Source: Balanoglossus misakiensis (lineage: Eukaryota > Animalia > Hemichordata). Taken from it: 64,000 nt of DNA. Positions 38,640-52,032 of the stretch are shown one piece after another. Position numbers and translations under genes: made by a program. The DNA lies in the NCBI GenBank assembly GCA_040954595.2, contig CM082578.2:463740-527739 (forward strand), written 5' to 3'. A model generated the notes under the pieces. It did no database searches, had not been told where the DNA came from, and saw nothing but the letters and a program-made list of their open reading frames with translations. Numbering within the stretch: the stretch's first letter is position 1; each line of letters opens with the position of its first letter.

Positions 38640-39930
38640 AACAACGGTAATCACGTCGGGTTTCCTACGGCCTGGCTCAGCTGAAGCCCCGGCACTCTAG
38701 AGTAGAAAAAGGCGTACATTGACCACGTTGATCAAGTCAGATTTCCTACGGCGTGACTCGACTAAAACCCCGGCACACTATGACAGTCACTAGCGTTCGT
38801 TAGCAACGTTGATCAAGTCAGATCTCCTACGGCCTGGCTCGACTAAATCTCCGTCACAATATGACAGACACTAGCGTACGTTAGCAACGGTGATCAAGTC
38901 AGATTTTCTACGGCATGGCTTGGATAAAGCCCCGGCACTCTACAGTAGAAACAGGCGTACATTGACCACGTTGATCAAGTCAGATTTCCTACGGCGTGAC
39001 TCGACTAAAACCCCGGCACACTATGACAGTCACTAGCGTTCGTTAGCAACGTTGATCAAGTCAGATTTCCTACGGCATGGCTTGGCTAAAGCCCCGGCAC
39101 TCTAGAGCAGAAACACGCGTACAGAGACCACGTTGATCAAGTCTGATCTCCAACGGCTTGGCTCGACTAAAACCCCGGCACACTACGACAGTCACTAGCG
39201 TTCGTTAGCAACGTTGATCAAGTCAGATTTCCTACGGCATGGCTTGGCTAAAGCCCTGGCACTCTAGAGCAGAAACACGCGTACAGAGACCACGTTGATC
39301 TACTCACATTTCCTTCGGCCTGGCACGGCTGATGCCCCGGCAATATATATAGGACACAGACTGGCGTAAGTTATCAACGGTGATTACGTCGGATTTCCTA
39401 CGGCCTGGTTTAGCTGAAGCCCCGGCACTTTAGAGCGGAAACACGCGTACATTGACCACGATTATCAAGTCAGATCTCCTACGGCTTGGCTCGACTAAAA
39501 CCCCGGCACAACATGACAGACACTAGCGTTCGTTAGCAACGGTGATCAAGTCGGATTTCCTTCGGCCTGGCTCTGCAAAAGACCCGACACTCTAGTACAA
39601 AGACGTTGGCTAAAAAAACCTTTGTTCTTCGAATTTGGTGCCCTGATCATATGTGACATGTTGATTGTATGTTAAAACTTTCGACCACTCCAAAAATGCA
39701 GAGATATTGACAGAATTCAAGAAAAAATAGCCATTTTGGCCATATTTTGACAAAAAATGGTAAATTTTAAAAAAAAATTATAAAAAATTAACTCTTTTCT
39801 TCATTTTCGGAAATATTATGGAGCATGAAGTGTCGTTCTTTTGTAAAAAGTGCTGCAAATTCCAGAAAAGGCGGTATAATTTGAATCACCCAAGACAAAA
39901 TTACCATTTTCGACTTTTTGTCGAAAAATT
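38640..39930. repeat. Detached, rearranged piece of the 2.05-kb macrosatellite
   Basis: Same 81-bp subrepeats in the same orientation. At ~39612 a deletion joins GACGTTGGCTAA directly to the AT-rich module. Confidence 0.95.
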
Positions 39931-40140
39931 TGTGGGGGTACTTATTCTCTGCCCTGAAAGTTGTGGGGGTACTAATTCTCTGCCCTGAAATTTGCAAGGG
40001 TACTAATTTTCTGCCCTGAAATTTGTGGGGGTACTAATTCTCTGCCCTGAAATTTGTGGGGGTACTAATTCTCTGCCCTGAAATTTGTGGGGGTACTAAT
40101 TCTCTGCCCTGAAGTTTGCGAGGGGTGCTATTTCTTTGCC
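39929..40140. repeat. 31-bp minisatellite, ~7 copies
   Basis: Unit TTTGTGGGGGTACTAATTCTCTGCCCTGAAA. Confidence 0.93.
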
Positions 40141-40840
40141 ATGGATTGATGGCATTAAAATATGACAATGTACATTAATTTTCTCCTGTTCAACTTGTGT
40201 GTATGCTGAATTACAAAGTCAACTTCAAATTGGAAGGATTGTAATGACCGCTGTTATTGCTGGCAAATGAGTTTTAGTACAGACTTTCATTCAATTTCCA
40301 ACAATAATTATGCAGAATTAAGGGAATTAAGTTGGATTGTAAATGTCAGAGGTTTTTCCTTCATCTACACATCAGCCATTTTGCGTCCTTTAGTCAGGCG
40401 GCATGCGCGCTGAAGAATCTGACAACAGTGACATTATCTTGGCAAATAAAAGTGTGAAACCCAACACTTGTGCTTGTCTATGTACTTTCGTTTTATTTCT
40501 TTTCCTTCAAAAACTGCAGACCCTGCTGATACAGTGTACTGACAAGCTGTATATCAAGGAAAATGACAAGTTTCGCATGTACTCAATGGCATGTAACTAA
40601 GCAATGTACTAAGCTTATCAACGGTCCATGCGGCACACATACGCACTGAAATTTGATCAAAGAAAGGTGTCAAACACAATGTTGTAAATGAATCAATCAT
40701 TAAGTATATAAATAAAATGCAGCAGTGTAATGCCTGAATGTCAGAACCTCAGGAAATTGTAAGCAATCAACATTATGTCCAAAAGTTTAACTTTAACTTT
40801 AATGAAGTGTCTTCCCTTCGACCTGGTACCCTGTCAAATA

Positions 40841-43800
40841 CTATGTTTGTGACTGTAGTCTCTGGTATTTTTTTTGCAAGATACTTCTTGTCTGTTTCGT
40901 TAGTGTTTTCTTCTCTGTTAATTTGAAGTCCCAGAGGATTGCTGCTGCCATATCCTGCTTGTCTTCCCAGGGAACTTTGCGTCTTCCTTTACTTATATAG
41001 CTGGGTTTCCAAGCAGAGTTCCAAGTCCCATTATGCCAGTGGATAGTAAAGGATGTCTCATCTCTGTCAACAACCTTACCGATATGCGGTACCTCCTCTG
41101 ATGCTGGGCAAAAAACAGCCACAAACATTCCCACATCTAGTGTTGAGTAGTCCTCTACAATCTCAGCTTCAGCAGCTCTGTTCCCTTGATTGCCGATAAT
41201 TACCTGGGGAAATCAAAATGTGTCAAGTTACTTGTCTTAATCTGGGACTTAATTTACAGTTGGAATGAGACCAGTGATTCACTTTCAGTTTGTTACCAGT
41301 GATGTCAAAAGGCCCTTATCATTGGCATAAGACATTTTTGAAAGAAAACCACAATGCAATCACTGCACCGAATGGGTGAAAGAATGTAGTTGACTCTTGA
41401 TTTTATGGCCACGCCAACATATACTTCCAATTAATTGCACACCAATATTAATTAATGTTTGCTAATTGGTGTAGCATACATGTATAATTATGGCACACCA
41501 ATCCCAGGTGACCCCCCCCCCCAGGTGTAGCAGCAGATCATTGTACCAGTATAATTTTGAGTCAAAGATTTGTTTCAACATACATGTATCTAAAATATTG
41601 GTTTCTATCCCAAAGTGCAGGTTCTTCTTATACTTAGGATTTGTGAATGATTTGCAAATAAAGATAAAGATGGTACTTGTTCTCAGTTGAAATCTAGGCA
41701 AATGTTGTACAATAACACAATCCACTGAAAACGATCAGAGACCCATGTTTTTCTCCCAAGTTTCCTTCTTAGATGGTAACATTAGTCCCTGGGAGTGTAA
41801 TTACATGTACATGTAGGCAAAAACTAATTGAGAACAGTTGGGAATTTTGGTGGTCAGACTTACAGGAGGACACACAGATTCCATCCAGTCCTGAATTCTT
41901 TGAACATTCTCAGGAATATCACCAGCAGTTGTAACTCTTGCACTCTGTTGTCTCCTTGCAGCTTCAACTAATTGTTGCATAGGCCACTCATCAGCTTGTT
42001 CAGTCACCTGTACAATATCCAAACAATAACGAGTGATGAGTATTTTAACTTACAAATTATTGTGAAGGACAATCATCAAAAAATCTATAATTTAGATTAA
42101 TCATCAAAAAACATAAAAACATCCAAAACTGTAATCTGTTATGTTTTGAGAGCATTGTGTTCACTGTTCAAGAAATTACTACTTCTGCACTTCTGCCTCC
42201 TTATACAATTTTACATAATTCACACATTTTCTTCAGATTGTCACTTTAAAACCTTTTACTGGGTTCAAGTAATTAAAGCCAGACCATGGGTTTGTAAGGT
42301 TTACAGCATTGTGGTGCAATGCAAAATATAACCTGAATATAAGTTTATGAGTTAGAAAGAGACCGATCCAAAAAAAGCATCAAGAGCATGAAGATTGAAC
42401 ACGGGAGTAATTTTGATATATTTTACTTCACAGACCCATGAATACCAATTATATACTATTGAACACATTGTGGACTGATTGAACCAGTCAAAGTGATCCA
42501 CTTCTGCTCCCAGTATTCAAAATATTGGCTTAATGACAAAAATAAGTAGATAATGACATAGTTGTAAGTCCATCTCACCTGTCCATACTGTGCAATGTTA
42601 CCCATGAATTCTCGTAAATGTTCAACAGTTTGCTGTGGCATGTAGTCAACATATTTGTTTGGTATATCATGGGTTAATTTCTGTAGATCAAGTTTCAGGA
42701 GTGAGGGTTCAACCATTTCCGGAACATCATTGACATCTGGCACAGTCTGTGGAAATAGAGAATTTGAAGAACAGTAGCATCAAGACTTGCTGTGATCTGT
42801 AATTGTAACCGTGCCTTCATCAACCCATAGCATACACAGTGCTAGCAACATTGGCACCTTCAATATAACTAGGTCACATAAGGTTTAAGTATCAATAGAC
42901 CATGCCCCTGAATTGGCTTGCAGGCTACTGTGAAAAAAGCTTCATTATTAGGGGCACAAGCCTATCGGGCTTGTGCCCCTATTGGTATTGTTGGAATATT
43001 TCTTCTTTATTATTCTTCTTCTTCCGAGAAATTCGGCCAGGTAGATCTGGAAAACCGCAGCACCTAGGGGGCTGAAACTTGGTAGGGTGATAGGGGCCAA
43101 AGAGTAGACGTGCAGTGGCTCGTGAATATTTAATTAGTCACGTGACCTGGCGGCCATATTGGATTTCCTGAAAATCGTTAAACGAGTCCTTCTCAAAAAC
43201 CACTGGGCTGATCGAGTTCAAATTTGGTGTGCAGGTAGCCTACCTTATGTCCATCATTTTACCCTATTAAAATCATGACGTCATGCATAAAGTTTTTTTG
43301 CTACAATTGTTTTTCTGAAAAACTACTTAAAACTTTAAAAATCTTCTTCTCCAGAACCAGCGGTTACCGAGTCTCGGGATTTGGGATATGTGGTCACCTA
43401 ACCTATGTCTATCAAGTTTGCGAAGCGCACTGTGATTGGTCGATCATTATGGCGGCCATGTTGGATTTTCGGAAAACCATTGAAAAGTGATAATTCCGTT
43501 TTGTAGCCAAAACGTTGACAGCATGGAAATTCTTTTTTTGGATATGAGTCATCATATGACCGGAAGTTGTCACCATTTTTCAGGGCAATTTTCACATGAC
43601 CTTTGACCCAGTTTTAAAACAACTAATTATATATGCATATTCCCCATACCTCCTCTTGTCAAAGCACCACAGTCATGAATTTGGTGGACATGGGTACCAA
43701 TGCTGCCGGATATGACACAAATATTTTGGTAATTTTGGCAATGACCCTTGACCTATTTCTGAAACATCATTTTTCTGCATATCTAATTCCAGGCTAACCA

Positions 43801-46800
43801 ATAGGGCTAGAGGTCTGGTTTAAGTTGGACATGGCCCACCCTGGGGTCAAAATTTTATGCCCAAATTTTGGGTGACCTTGGATGACCTTTGATCTACTTT
43901 CCCATATCTCAGCATCCACAGCAGTTAGAGTCCTGGCTTTTGGGGGGCCGATGGAACACATATGGAGTCTTACTAAATACCTCATTAATTATGCGCATAC
44001 CTAATTCTAGGCGAACCAATAGAGCTAGGGGTCTGGTTTTTGTTGGACCTGGACTAGTATGGTGTCAGATTTTTTTGCCCAAATTTGGGGTGACCTCAGG
44101 TGACCTTTGACCTACTTTCCGATATCTTGGTATCCACAACAGATACAGCCTTGGCATTTGCTGGTCACCATGGGAACCGCTTGTGCCCCGCCAACGCTGC
44201 TTGCAGCTTTAATGATATTTGTTATAGAAGCCATGTGGCTATGATTTCAAATACACTAACTTAATCCATGATATGTGAATAAGCATGAGGGAAACCCTCT
44301 GCACAAACTCTGTTGGTAGACAGTGATTAACATAACAATGACAAAGTGTGGTTGACATTTGCCCGCTTATAAACAACCAACATCTTTCTATACATTTTCA
44401 GTCAGTGTGTTGACTAAGACGTTCACACCTTCGCTTATAATGTCCTAACCATGCCCTAACCAGCAGATTTCCACATTTGGGGAATTACTACCTACAACGT
44501 TTGTGCAGGCCTAGTTTGGCATGCGATTCTTATTTTAGAAGGCAAACTACTGAAAGTTGTGCACTTTGGACACATGTGGAAACTAATACTATCTCTAATA
44601 GTATTATTTATAATTCAAACTAAACTTTGCAATTTAAAATAAGTTAGCATAATGCCATTGATGGCACTATGTTGAAATCCATTTTAATGTGAAACAACTT
44701 ACCTCAAGGCATACAAGTCCTTGTGCAGGTTCACCATCACCTTCATACGTTGGTTGCCATGCATCTGTCGACCATAATCGGTAGTGCATTCTGGCTCTTC
44801 CATTGACCTTTCGAAATCGAAAATTGTGCGGCCTAGAATGCCCTCCAAACCTGCCTGCCATATAAGGTTGAAGCCACTCTTTCACATTGAACATGTACTT
44901 TACTTCCTGTACCTTAATTGCTGGAGTGTAACTTTCATGCACATTGTGCATTAATTCTGAAAGGATAAAGTCACAAAATAACAGTCCACTATATTAATAT
45001 TACTGACTGTACATACACTTTGGATATATAATGAATGCATTTCAGTAACTCACAATGCCTTTTCTAAGATTGATATGAAAACTAATAAATTTGTAGATCT
45101 ATAAAACATGTTAATTGGGATATGCAGTTCCACTCCAAAAAATAAATAGTTTAAAGCCCCTATATCTGTCAGAGTTGCATTTTTGCATCAAATTTTGGTA
45201 AGACGTTCATATATACATATCGGTAAGCTTATTGATATGAATTAATGCAAGTTTGGAAGAAAAATCATGAAAAAAAGCGCCATTTGGCAGCTATACAGCT
45301 GGAGGCTTTAATTACTTAGTTAAGCAATAACCCCCGCCGCAGGCGGGTATATGCGAGATTTGGGTACAATTCAAGACATATCGCACGAGACGTCAGGCGA
45401 GTGCTATATGGAGCGAATTGTACCCAAATCGAGTGTATACCCGCCAGGTGACTAAGAATGATTTTTTGCTAAAAATAATCCTAAATTCAATACCTTGTAA
45501 AGTGAAAGAATTTGTTCTCTTCAGAGCTGTGGACACTCTGCTGAACATCTGGTCAATATCTACAATGCAAAAAGGGTACATTAAGATAAGTGATAAGTGT
45601 ACAAAATATTAACAGAGTAGACCTTGAAGTGTGAATTTTTTGTTAAACTTAGACAAAAAAGTCTTCAAAAATTCATTATATTAATTAAAAGGCCTGATTT
45701 CTTTCCTTTGTAATACAAGTTTACTGTTTATGAGAACATAATTTGATTCCTAGTATGAACATTTTAAACTGACAATAAAAATATTTTGTCATACAATTTA
45801 TTGCCCCCATCTTGAGGCAGTTGGAATATATTTTTCATGTCAGATAATTGTCTTTTGCATCTACAAACATCAATTAAACTACACAGTAGGATCTGCAGTG
45901 ACCAAGATGTGTAAAGAACTTACCCTCATGGGTATGTCCTACTGGCAGAAAGTTCAGCACAACCTGAAAGTGACAGAAAATACTGTTTCAATCTTCATGT
46001 GAGATACTGGATATTGACAAAGTAGTGACCAATTTTTCAACTACAATAATAGGCCACTTTCATGGCCTTAGTCAAGATGGCAGACAACCACCCCAATGTC
46101 AGCACCCAGAAGTAATCTACATAGGTCATTCTGGGGTCATGAAAGGGGACTTTTACTGCAAGAATGTAGCAATAAATACTGTTTCTCCTTGTTTCAACAT
46201 ATTAAAGCTGCGATAATGATACTGTACTCCATTGTTTAGTATCCAAATGATTCTGAGAGAACTATTTGTTCAATATCAAGAAAACACTTCAAAAATGCAT
46301 AAAATCTATGTAAGTGCCATTTCTGAATCTATGGCAAATATATTGCAAGTTATGATACATCAGTGCTCTTTCAGAGGAAACAAATTTTCAAGCAGTAATG
46401 AATCCACCCATCAAAGTTGAAACAAGGTGGGATTCTTTCAATGTTTAGCTAATCATTATACATATACATATACACATGCCAGGCGACATATGATCCTGTG
46501 GGCTGCAGGTGTGTATATAGTACCATGACTAATAGGATGTGACGAGTTGAAATATAAAAAAGAATGAGTTAAATCATCATACCTCTTCAAAGACATCATA
46601 GTCTACCAACAGAGATGCAAAAGAAAGGAGATATCTGTTCTTATTTTCTCTGTAGCAGTTGTCCAGCTGGAGGTGAAGCTGCCGTGAAAGTCTGTCAATG
46701 TTGTCCACCAAATTCCACATAATGTTGTTTATTGTCATGTTGGAATCATGAGGAAAATTGTGAACATCCAGCCGCATAACAGCAAGCTTTCCTTCAGGAA

Positions 46801-49196
46801 CATTAGTATGGATTAGACTTCCTGCGAAAAAATCACATTTTTCAATCAATGTTTTAAATATTATACTGAAATTTATGGTATGATCAATTCTCACCTTACG
46901 CAATTGCTACAAGACCGAATTGGGGGATCTGCTAGGAGCGTCGGAAGTCGCTCCTAGCAGATCCCCCCATTCGCTCTGGTAGCATCTAAAACAGAACTCC
47001 CCTGTGACAGCACAAGTCCACGATCACCTGTGGTCTGTCCACCCATACATGTAATTACTTCATCTGCTACTGGATTGGTGTCAGATTGTGGTTCCTGGAC
47101 ATTTATCATCTGGACCATTCTCACCTATTTACTAATTGTCTGGATAGACAGATGTCAAGTGAGTTACATAAAGACCATTGTATTAGTGTGGCTTATATTA
47201 AAATGGAATACCTGTTGCATGCATTGGCACTTTCCCAAGGTTTTCAGTGTGCTTTTTCTCTCGTACCAGCCTTGGAAAATATGTCTTTTTTGGTCCATCC
47301 CATCAATAATGATAACCAATAGATCATCAGGTTGCCGCACTGCTTTTTCTCGGGCATTGTGATAAACTGCCCTTTCTGTTCTGAAAAGGAAAGTAATAAT
47401 ATTATCTATATTAATATAATAATTCATACATATTATATTAGAAACTGTATAATACTAGTATGTGCGCTATAAATATTGTCACAGTGTGTTCTACTTTGCA
47501 CATTTTGCTAAAACTTGCCAACTTTGATAGGAAAAAAAAGTTTAAAATCACTTTAAGTTTTCTTGTCTCAGTGATGAAGTACAATCTATGGGTTTCGAAA
47601 TTTACCGTAAAACGTTACTCTGTCTAAAAAAAAACATGAATTGTAGGCATTGTGCCCATTCTATGATACCTGATTCAGAAAAAAATCATACAAAATACAG
47701 ACTCTGTACAAAAAGAGACATATAATGATGCAACTTACTCAACCCTTGTTTCATGAATTTCACGAACTTTGAGCAGATTTTCCCGTTCAACATCCGTGGA
47801 GGCCGAGGATATTGCATTTCTAATCTGGGCACAGTCATCACATTCAGCAAAGTCGGACGACTGTAAAATAAAGACACACACTTCACTTTACTAAATTCTT
47901 ATACTTGTTGGCACTGATATATTATGCAACAAACACATTCAACTTATTTTTATCTGTGCAGACAACATTGTTGAAAATCTCACTAAAAATCACTTAAAAA
48001 CAATTATTGTAAGTAGTAGTGCTTTTTTAGGGGAACTACTGTAGTGTGTTGGTTATCTCATAAATCCTGAGGGAATAGAGCTGGAAACTGTAATTTTACT
48101 GGAACACACACATAAATACAGAAAGGAAGTCATTCTCACTGCACTTCATTATTGACTGACTAACCTCCAGTCCTTGAATACGATGTTCAATGTAAAAAAT
48201 ACTATGACACTTTCATGTCAGGAATCATGTTAATAATACACAAATTTGTGAAGCTTTTTTATAGCTTGTAAGTGTGAAAAGAATGGAAACTTACCTTCCC
48301 AGTACGAAATTCAGGCAAGTGCTTCTTCCAGATATCACAAAAGTAGCCATATGATATATGTGAGTAGAATGTAGTTCCCATCAGGTGTGTCTTCATAAGT
48401 TCCCAAAGATCATACTTCTCCATGAATGTAGGAAGGCGTACTATGTTCTTATGTGGCATGAATTCACCTATCCTTTCAAAGTGAAAACGCATCCATGATA
48501 TTGCTCTAGATGTCTTCTCCTGCATTCTCTTTTTCCCTCGGTTTCCATGTGATATGTGGGTGACACCAAGTTTTACTTGATTTGCATACTTTGTAAATCT
48601 GCGGTGAGTTATGTCATGCACGTTGCACCATGCAACCTCACATACACATCTTCCACGAATAACTAGATTCATAATTAGTTTGGATCCAGTTTTCCCATGG
48701 TGCGTATATGAGTGTTGCCGAATTTGTCTCAGGATATAATGTCCTAATTCAGTTTCATTTAGCGATGTCTTGAAAATCTGTTCAGACTCTGTGATGTCAT
48801 TGATAGACAGAGTTTCCATACATCTATCCCCACAGCACGCCATTTGTAGGACATCTGTTGGCCGCCTCATCGGTGCAGAGTAGCGACGTCGCTTTACAGG
48901 CGTTGATGTAATGATATCATCCCCATTGCCAAGTTTCCATCAACGTCATTTATGCTCTCAAAAGAATTATTAAAAGAAGAGCATATGGCCTCTTCTTGTG
49001 GACTGAGATAATGGACATCATTGCCAAGGTCACTGTTACCGCCAAGTGTCAGAGAGTCATCTTGTCCTTCTACTTCTAGTGATTCTACAGAAGAATTTAG
49101 AGACCTTTCTACAAACGTGCTGGTGGTCTTCTCACTTGGTATTGTTGCAATTGATGAAAAACTCTGCTCAACAAATGTTGAACAAGATGAATCCAT
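40841..49196 (-). CDS. Spliced Sola-type DDD transposase-like gene, copy B (10 coding exons, two apparent 1-nt frameshifts)
   Basis: Exons 49196-48295, 47860-47739, 47380-47212, 46821-46583, 45963-45924, 45559-45494, 44956-44703, 42746-42579, 42007-41864 and 41203-40841, all GT-AG. Motifs CCxxxC, VCxxAW, FxxCxxC..H, IIIDGMDQ (D1), QLDNCYRENKN (D2), GHTHEDID (D3). A probable 5'UTR exon ends near 50324. Confidence 0.8.
42947..44213 (+). mobile_element. Non-autonomous Helentron/Helitron2-type (DINE/HINE-like) element in an intron
   Basis: 5' hairpin AGGGGCACAAGCC/GGCTTGTGCCCCT followed by (TTC/TTA)n. 3' subterminal GCTTGTGCCCC (44179-44189), GCTGCTTGCAGC hairpin and TTTAAT. Confidence 0.75.
45315..45456. 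repeat. Fold-back palindromic mini-element in an intron
   Basis: GGCGGGTATA..GATTTGGGTACAATTC paired with GAATTGTACCCAAATC..TATACCCGCC. Confidence 0.75.
46906..46983. repeat. Hairpin MITE-like palindrome in an intron
   Basis: GGGGGATCTGCTAGGAGCG pairs perfectly with CGCTCCTAGCAGATCCCCC. Confidence 0.8.
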
Positions 49197-50182
49197 GGAA
49201 CCTATATTATTAAGACAAAAAGAGGCACACTTATAATGAATACTGTTTTCTTTTAGTATTATTTATTCTCTGTGCTGTCAACATTTCATTAGCATGCTGA
49301 ATTGTCTGATATTTTGCTTTAAATACAGCATGTTTATGCCTGTGTAGTGACAATTTTTATTCTGTGCTCATACACTGACTGATAACAATTTCCTTCAGTC
49401 AATATTTGAAGCACTTATCATTTTTGATAATTCAAAAGGATAATTGTTTTGAAAACACAAATATGATTCATGATTTAATAATTTGTTTCTTTTCCACTAA
49501 AAGTAATCATAAAGATTAACCAGAATTTAAAACATTGGTTTCCAGACAGCTCTCCTGCTCTGTCATGATGTGTTTGTGTTTGGTGTCTCCTGCAAGTTGC
49601 TGTCTAGATATTACATGTAGGTGCCAATCCAGCTGGCTGTTTTGATTAAAATATCCTTTCTTTCAGAAAATCTGTTTTGGAAATGTTTAGTCTGTGATAT
49701 TTGACAGCACAAGGTATATTTACTGTCTATATTGTGACGAAAAAAGTCAAAGTTGGGAGTCTTGATTTTGTTTGTTTTTTTGCAAGGAGTGCAACATGTC
49801 AGTGGTAATATTTACTTAGCACCTATTTGAAAAGGTAAACGACAAGTACTAGGTCAAATGGTTAAAAGTCACATTTGCATATAGAACGCAGCTGCAGAAG
49901 TGCCTTCCGCCAACACCTGGCCGTTCGTGTCAATAAACTGGTATTTGACAAAATTCAAAGAGTGAATGCAAATCAGAGACGTCGCCACCCAATGTTGCGA
50001 ATCTGAGCTTTAAATTTCCGCTGGAGACAAAATTATGAAAAGTCAACTTACAACATGAAGGTCCCAATGTGAACAACATTATTGTACACAGAGAATTTAC
50101 ACGTGGTTGCGGGTACGGGTGGGACGGTTCTGTTTGAGTGGTATATATTAGTACGTTGGCGTACATGTACGTGAACAGCTAC

Positions 50183-50260
50183 CTCTGGACTTGTACGCTG
50201 TTTGGGTCTACGCTGCTCCACGGAGAGCAGCGTAGACCCAAACAGCGCATAAGTCCAGAG
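50183..50260. repeat. Hairpin MITE-like palindrome
   Basis: CGCTGTTTGGGTCTACGCTGCTC pairs with GAGCAGCGTAGACCCAAACAGCG; flanked by a GTGAAC direct repeat. Confidence 0.8.
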
Positions 50261-51120
50261 CTAGTGAACGGCCAGCTAAACGTTCACTACCACTAGCTTC
50301 ACAGGCGTAATTTACCGGTACCTACCTTTATCTAGCGTGTTCGCCGACGTCGATCAGAGCACGGCCACTCAGTCGTAGCAGGAGTAATGAGACTTCGCGC
50401 TGCAAAAATTGCGTTAGACCCAGAGTTTCTCTTGAGATAAATCTTCAGGCCAATAGTCGAACTTGCACTGTGTGTAAACAGGGACCGTCGCACGTTTTGT
50501 TCCGGTTGCCCTCTTACGTCACATCCGTAATCGAACACGTAAATACGTGGAGGGTGGTTAGGCCTCAAATAAAACAGTCGCATTTCACACTTTGTAAAAC
50601 AAACTTTAATCAAGCTATATATGCTGGGCAATTTCAATAAAGGTATTAATTTAGAAAGAGCATAATTGTTTAAAAGCAATGCGTCTGTGTAATAAAACCC
50701 GTCGAAATGATCGGTTGTAATCTAACCCTGTCACACCCACGATATATTGATATCGACCGAACGCCATTACAATCACAATCAGACTTGACTATTTGTGTGA
50801 CGCGTGGTATGGATGTAAGTTGTAACTAACTGCATATTTTTCAGACAAAATGTCACCCGTTTATTTGATAACTTATTTCTGTTGTTTACCGATAATGTGT
50901 ACAACTCGTCACGACTTTATAGTTGATCAAGTTTGAGGGCGCTTCTGCGCAGGGAATTTCTGTCAAGTCGCAGCCGATAGGAGAAGAAAATTTTCCCGGT
51001 TGACTGTGTTTTTGTAGTGATACTAGGTCTAGTATCACTCATGAGTTGCTACTGACCACAGTTGTTGACTCAAATCATTTATATGGGCAGTAACAGTGAA
51101 GAAAATTGGCCGTTTGAAGT

Positions 51121-52032
51121 GTGAACGTTGTTGGCCATTGCGCAATGACTTCCAAGATGGTGACGGTCGCGGTCACGAGGAATGCGGCGAGGAAGAACAG
51201 TACATCGACGTCGACGAAGTCAAAGGCAAACAAAGAAACTTATACTTGTGGTACTTGTCGAAAGGAGGTGAAAGACAATGACGAAGCTCTGCAGTGTGAA
51301 GTATGTATGAACTGGTTCCATATAGCATGTGAAGGAGTATCAAAGGAGTTGTACACGGTTCTTGTCTCAAACGATACAAATATGACAATTCATTGGTTTT
51401 GCAAAGCCTGCAATAATGGTGCTGTTCGCTTATTTAATGTCATGAACAATCTTCAACTACGTCAAGACACATTAGAGGAAGAGTTGAAAGAAGAATTTAT
51501 AGGTCAGAAGGAGAAAAGCTGCGATAAAGCTCAAGTGCAACAGATAGTAAACAACGCTATTGAGGTCGAAAAGCGGAAGCTAAACGTCATTGTAAGAAAT
51601 ATGCCGGAACCCGATGACATCATGGCAAGTCTGGTAAGGGGTGATGATGTTAGGCAAGTGTCCGGTCTGATGTCTGAACTTGGTCTCTCAGATGAAAATA
51701 TTGTTGAAGTTGAAAGGCTGTCTACAAGCAAAAGATCTGAAGATAAAAGGCCCAGGTTGCTAAGAGTCAAGTTGAAGGACACAAAAACAAAACGCCAGGT
51801 TCTACAGAAAGCTAAACATTTAGCCAAGTCAACAGAAGAAATGTACAAGAATGTATACATATCACCAGATCTTACCTACGAACAGAGAGAAGAAGACAGA
51901 AAACTTAGAAATGAATTAAAATCTAGAAGAGACAGAGGTGAAAAGGACTTACGAATACATAAAGGAACAATAGTAAAAGGTCAGCAAGACATTACTAATG
52001 CTGGCACACCAAAAAACGAACAGACAATATGA
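51121..52032 (+). CDS. CR1 ORF1 with PHD finger
   Basis: CGTC..CEVCMNWFHIAC..WFCKAC PHD finger, coiled coil, then RKLNVIV, RPRLLRV and YISPDLT. The true start is probably a downstream ATG. Confidence 0.9.
   Translation: MNVVGHCAMTSKMVTVAVTRNAARKNSTSTSTKSKANKETYTCGTCRKEVKDNDEALQCEVCMNWFHIACEGVSKELYTVLVSNDTNMTIHWFCKACNNGAVRLFNVMNNLQLRQDTLEEELKEEFIGQKEKSCDKAQVQQIVNNAIEVEKRKLNVIVRNMPEPDDIMASLVRGDDVRQVSGLMSELGLSDENIVEVERLSTSKRSEDKRPRLLRVKLKDTKTKRQVLQKAKHLAKSTEEMYKNVYISPDLTYEQREEDRKLRNELKSRRDRGEKDLRIHKGTIVKGQQDITNAGTPKNEQTI

Noticed and set aside
45151-45311. TTAA-flanked Kolobok-like MITE
   Set aside because: The terminal match is too short and imperfect to call.
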